From positions 1 to 64,000 of the forward strand of contig CAVYBH010000015.1 in assembly GCA_963766715.1 (NCBI GenBank): a stretch of 64,000 bases of DNA, written 5' to 3'. The stretch is from an uncultured delta proteobacterium. Lineage in GTDB: Bacteria; Myxococcota; Myxococcia; Myxococcales; Anaeromyxobacteraceae. The notes under the pieces were generated by a model. It saw only the letters and a list, made by a program, of their open reading frames with translations. It was not told the origin of the DNA and made no database searches. Both the position numbers and the translations under genes were made by a program. Shown one piece after another: positions 61,411-64,000 of the stretch. Every line of letters begins with the position of its first letter. Position 1 is the first letter of the stretch.

Positions 61411-63503
61411 TCAGGCCTCGGGGACCAGCCCCTGGGCCGCCTTCTGGCGGTGGAGCATGGCCTCGAACTCGGGGGCGGGGACGGGCTTGCCGAAGTGGTA
61501 GCCCTGGGCCCTGTCGCACCCCTTCGACAGGAGGTACTCGAGCTGATCCTGGCGCTCCACGCCCTCGGCCAGGACCTCCATGCTCATGGCCTGCGCCATC
61601 CCGATGATCGCGTTCACGATGGCGCGGTCCTGCGGGTCGTCCATCATGTCCTTGATGAAGGCCCGGTCGATCTTGAGGGTCTGGATGGGAAACCGCTTGA
61701 GGTAGGCCAGCGACGAGTAGCCCGTGCCGAAGTCGTCGATCGCCACGCGCATGCCCTCCGCGCGAAGCCCCTGCAGGATGTGGAGGGTCTTCTGGAAGTC
61801 GTGCATGGCGACCGACTCGGTGATCTCGATCTCGAGGTGGCGCGGGTCGAGCCCCGCCTCTCGCACCAGGCCAGAGACCTTGGCCGCCAGGCCGGTGTTC
61901 TGGAAGTCCCGTCCCGAGAGGTTCACCGCCACCACGAGGGAGGGCAACTCCTGGTCCTGCCAGGCCTTCAGCTGCCGGCAAGCTTCCCGGACCACCTGCT
62001 CCGTGATGGCGACGATGATCCCCGTCTCCTCGGCCAGGGGGATGAACTCCATCGGGGGAACGAGCCCCGTCTCCGGATTCACCAGGCGTACGAGCGCCTC
62101 GGCGCCGACGATGCGCCGGGTCCACAATCCACCGCCGGCTGGTAGTGCACGACGAACCGCTTCTTCTCGACGGCGTCGGCCAGCTCCGCCTCCAGGCCGA
62201 TGCGCCGGGACACGCTCCGGCTCATCTCCGGCGAGAACATCTGGACCTGGTTGCGCCCCAGCCGGCGCGCGCGGGACAGCGCGACGTCGCACTGCTTGAG
62301 CAGGGAGGAAACCGTCTCCGTCGCGTCCTGGCCCGCCAGGGTCACGCCCGCACAGGCGGTGAAGTGGACGGTCATCTGGTCCACCGAGGTTCCCTGCGAG
62401 AGGAGGTCGAGGATTCGCTGCACCACCAGGGTCGTCGAGTACTTGCTCTCCAGATTGGTGAGGAGGAGGCCGAACTCGTTGGGCGAGATGCGGGCGACCA
62501 TGTCGGTCTCCCGCAGGCTTCCCGCCAGCGAGCCCGCGAAGCTCCGCAGGATGCGGCCACCGACGTGATCGCCGTACTCGTTGACGAACTCGCGGAAGAG
62601 GTCGAAGCGGAGGATCGCCACGGCGAACCGCTCCTCGTAGCGGCGCGCCCGGGCAAGCTCCTCTCCGAGGCGCTGCACGAAGCGCGCCCGGTTGGGGAGC
62701 CCCGTCAGCGCGTCGTGGAGCACGAGGGGGGTGAGGCGTCCCTCCCGCTGCCGCCGCCGCGTGATGTCCCGCAGGAAGGCGATGACCTCGGATTCGCCGC
62801 TCGCAATCGTGCGAGCCTCCAGGTGGCGCATCCTCCGGACGCCAGGAAGCTGGAACTCGGCGGAGTGAAGCCCACCGGTCTCGAGCGACCGCTTCACCAG
62901 CTCCAGGGCCTGCGCGGCCACGTCCGGGGGCAGCACGTCGGAGAGGTTCTTCCCGAGGTATCCCTCGTATCGCGAGCGGCGGACCCGGCTCTGCTCCATC
63001 CGGGCCTCGAGGAGCACGCCGTCGCGCGAGATCCGGAGGACGAGATCGGGAATGGCCTGCAGGAGGGCCCGGCTGGTCCCGTCGGCGCGGTACGCCTCGT
63101 CGGAGGCCTGTCCGGCCCGGATGAGGTGGTCGACGCGGAAGCCGAGGATGCTCCCGTGGATCGGCTTCGTGGCGAAATCCGTGGCGCCGGCCTCGAACGC
63201 GTGGCGGATGGATTCCACGTCGTCGAGACCGGTCATCATGAGGATCGGGGTGCGACCGCCCGAGGGCAGGGCGCGGATCGCGGCGCAGGCCGCGAAGCCA
63301 TCCATCTCGGGCATCGCGGCGTCCATCAGGACGAGGGCCGGTCGCAGCCGCTTGAAGGCCACGACACCCTCCCGGCCGTTCGCAGCCTCCTCCACGTCGA
63401 ACCCGGCGTTCTCGAGAGCGGCCCGGGCGATGAGGCGAGGCACGACGTCGTCGTCCACGACGAGCACGAGCGGGCGGTCCGCGGGGTCGTGGACGCGCCT
63501 CAC
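61411..63503 (-). CDS. REC-PAS-GGDEF(degenerate)-EAL c-di-GMP phosphodiesterase (frameshift near 62125)
   Basis: LVVDDD, LMDAAMP, FATKP; PAS; HDALTGLPNR, ARISPNEF; YQP, AEALVR, AVNLS, EITE, DDFGTGYSS, LKID, AEGVE, QGY. Confidence 0.9.
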
Positions 63504-64000
63504 GGCGGACCGGCCCCCGGGGCCGCCGTCCTCTCGCCGTGAAGCCGGACGCGATCGCGTCCCTCCTGCTTGGCGCGGTACATGGCGTCGTCCGCGCTCT
63601 CGAGGAGCTCGTCGAGCCCGATGGGGAAGGCGGTCGGACGGGCGGCGGCCACCCCGAGGCTCGCGCGGAGCTTCACCGGCTCGGACCCGCTCACCTGCAG
63701 CTCGATCGACTGGATCGCCGTCCGCATCCGCTCGGCCACGAGCCCTGCCTGGGCCAGCGAGGCGCTCGGGAGGACGACGAGGAACTCCTCGCCGCCCCAG
63801 CGCCCGGTGAAGTCGTAGTCCCTCTGGTTCTTCTGGAGCACGTCGGCGACCCGTCGAAGGGCCTCGTCCCCGGCGGCGTGACCGAACCGGTCGTTGATGA
63901 GCTTGAAGTGGTCGAGGTCCACCATGATGAGGCCGATGCTCGTCCGGGTGCGGGCGGCGCGGCTCAGCTCGACGCGGGCGCGCTCGTAGAGGGCGCGGCG
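63500..64000 (-). CDS. Diguanylate cyclase, C-terminal part (runs off window edge)
   Basis: DLDHFKLINDRFGHAAGD, RDYD I-site, GRWGGEEF, ADDAMYRAKQEGRD. Stop overlaps the next start (GTGA). Confidence 0.92.
   Translation of the reverse strand, partial: RRALYERARVELSRAARTRTSIGLIMVDLDHFKLINDRFGHAAGDEALRRVADVLQKNQRDYDFTGRWGGEEFLVVLPSASLAQAGLVAERMRTAIQSIELQVSGSEPVKLRASLGVAAARPTAFPIGLDELLESADDAMYRAKQEGRDRVRLHGERTAAPGAGPP

Noticed and set aside
9257..63503. About 20 frameshifted genes read as mass pseudogenisation or programmed frameshifting
   Set aside because: The breaks are small indels in unrelated genes, with intact motifs, no evident nonsense substitutions and no shared slippery sequence. Long-read error is the simpler explanation.
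1..64000. CRISPR array, tRNA/rRNA, IS element, integrase, prophage or known anti-phage system
   Set aside because: No repeat-spacer periodicity, RNA gene signature, transposase/recombinase motif or phage structural gene was recognised by eye. A short RNA could have been missed without a covariance search.

Overview
A 64-kb, very GC-rich bacterial chromosomal window, most likely from a Myxococcota / Anaeromyxobacter-like organism. That placement is an inference from the tandem-PilZ protein, many lipoproteins, a sigma54-like promoter and USP/CBS style. It holds about 60 mostly accessory genes for small-molecule metabolism, stress response and secreted or surface hydrolases: three Cys-type arylsulfatases, an S8 protease operon, a TAP-type peptidase, a carboxylesterase, an amidase, several cupins and SDRs, msrA, cpo, yhiI-rbbA-yhhJ, an HPF-family gene and a c-di-GMP pair. 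No rRNA, tRNA, CRISPR array, integrase or transposase was recognised. About 20 genes are broken by small indels, very densely at 48.3-55.8 kb. This looks like uncorrected long-read error, so those genes are reported as reconstructed CDSs with approximate boundaries. The two best candidates for something new are: (1) a sigma54-preceded operon in which a lipoprotein looks like an FN3 domain lacking its first strand, the subtilase ends in exactly such a strand, and a second lipoprotein is a free-standing copy of the subtilase propeptide; (2) a lipoprotein of about 1,060 aa carrying six Ig-like stalk repeats and a C-terminal thaumatin/PR-5-like domain. All family calls come from motif recognition by eye; no searches were run.
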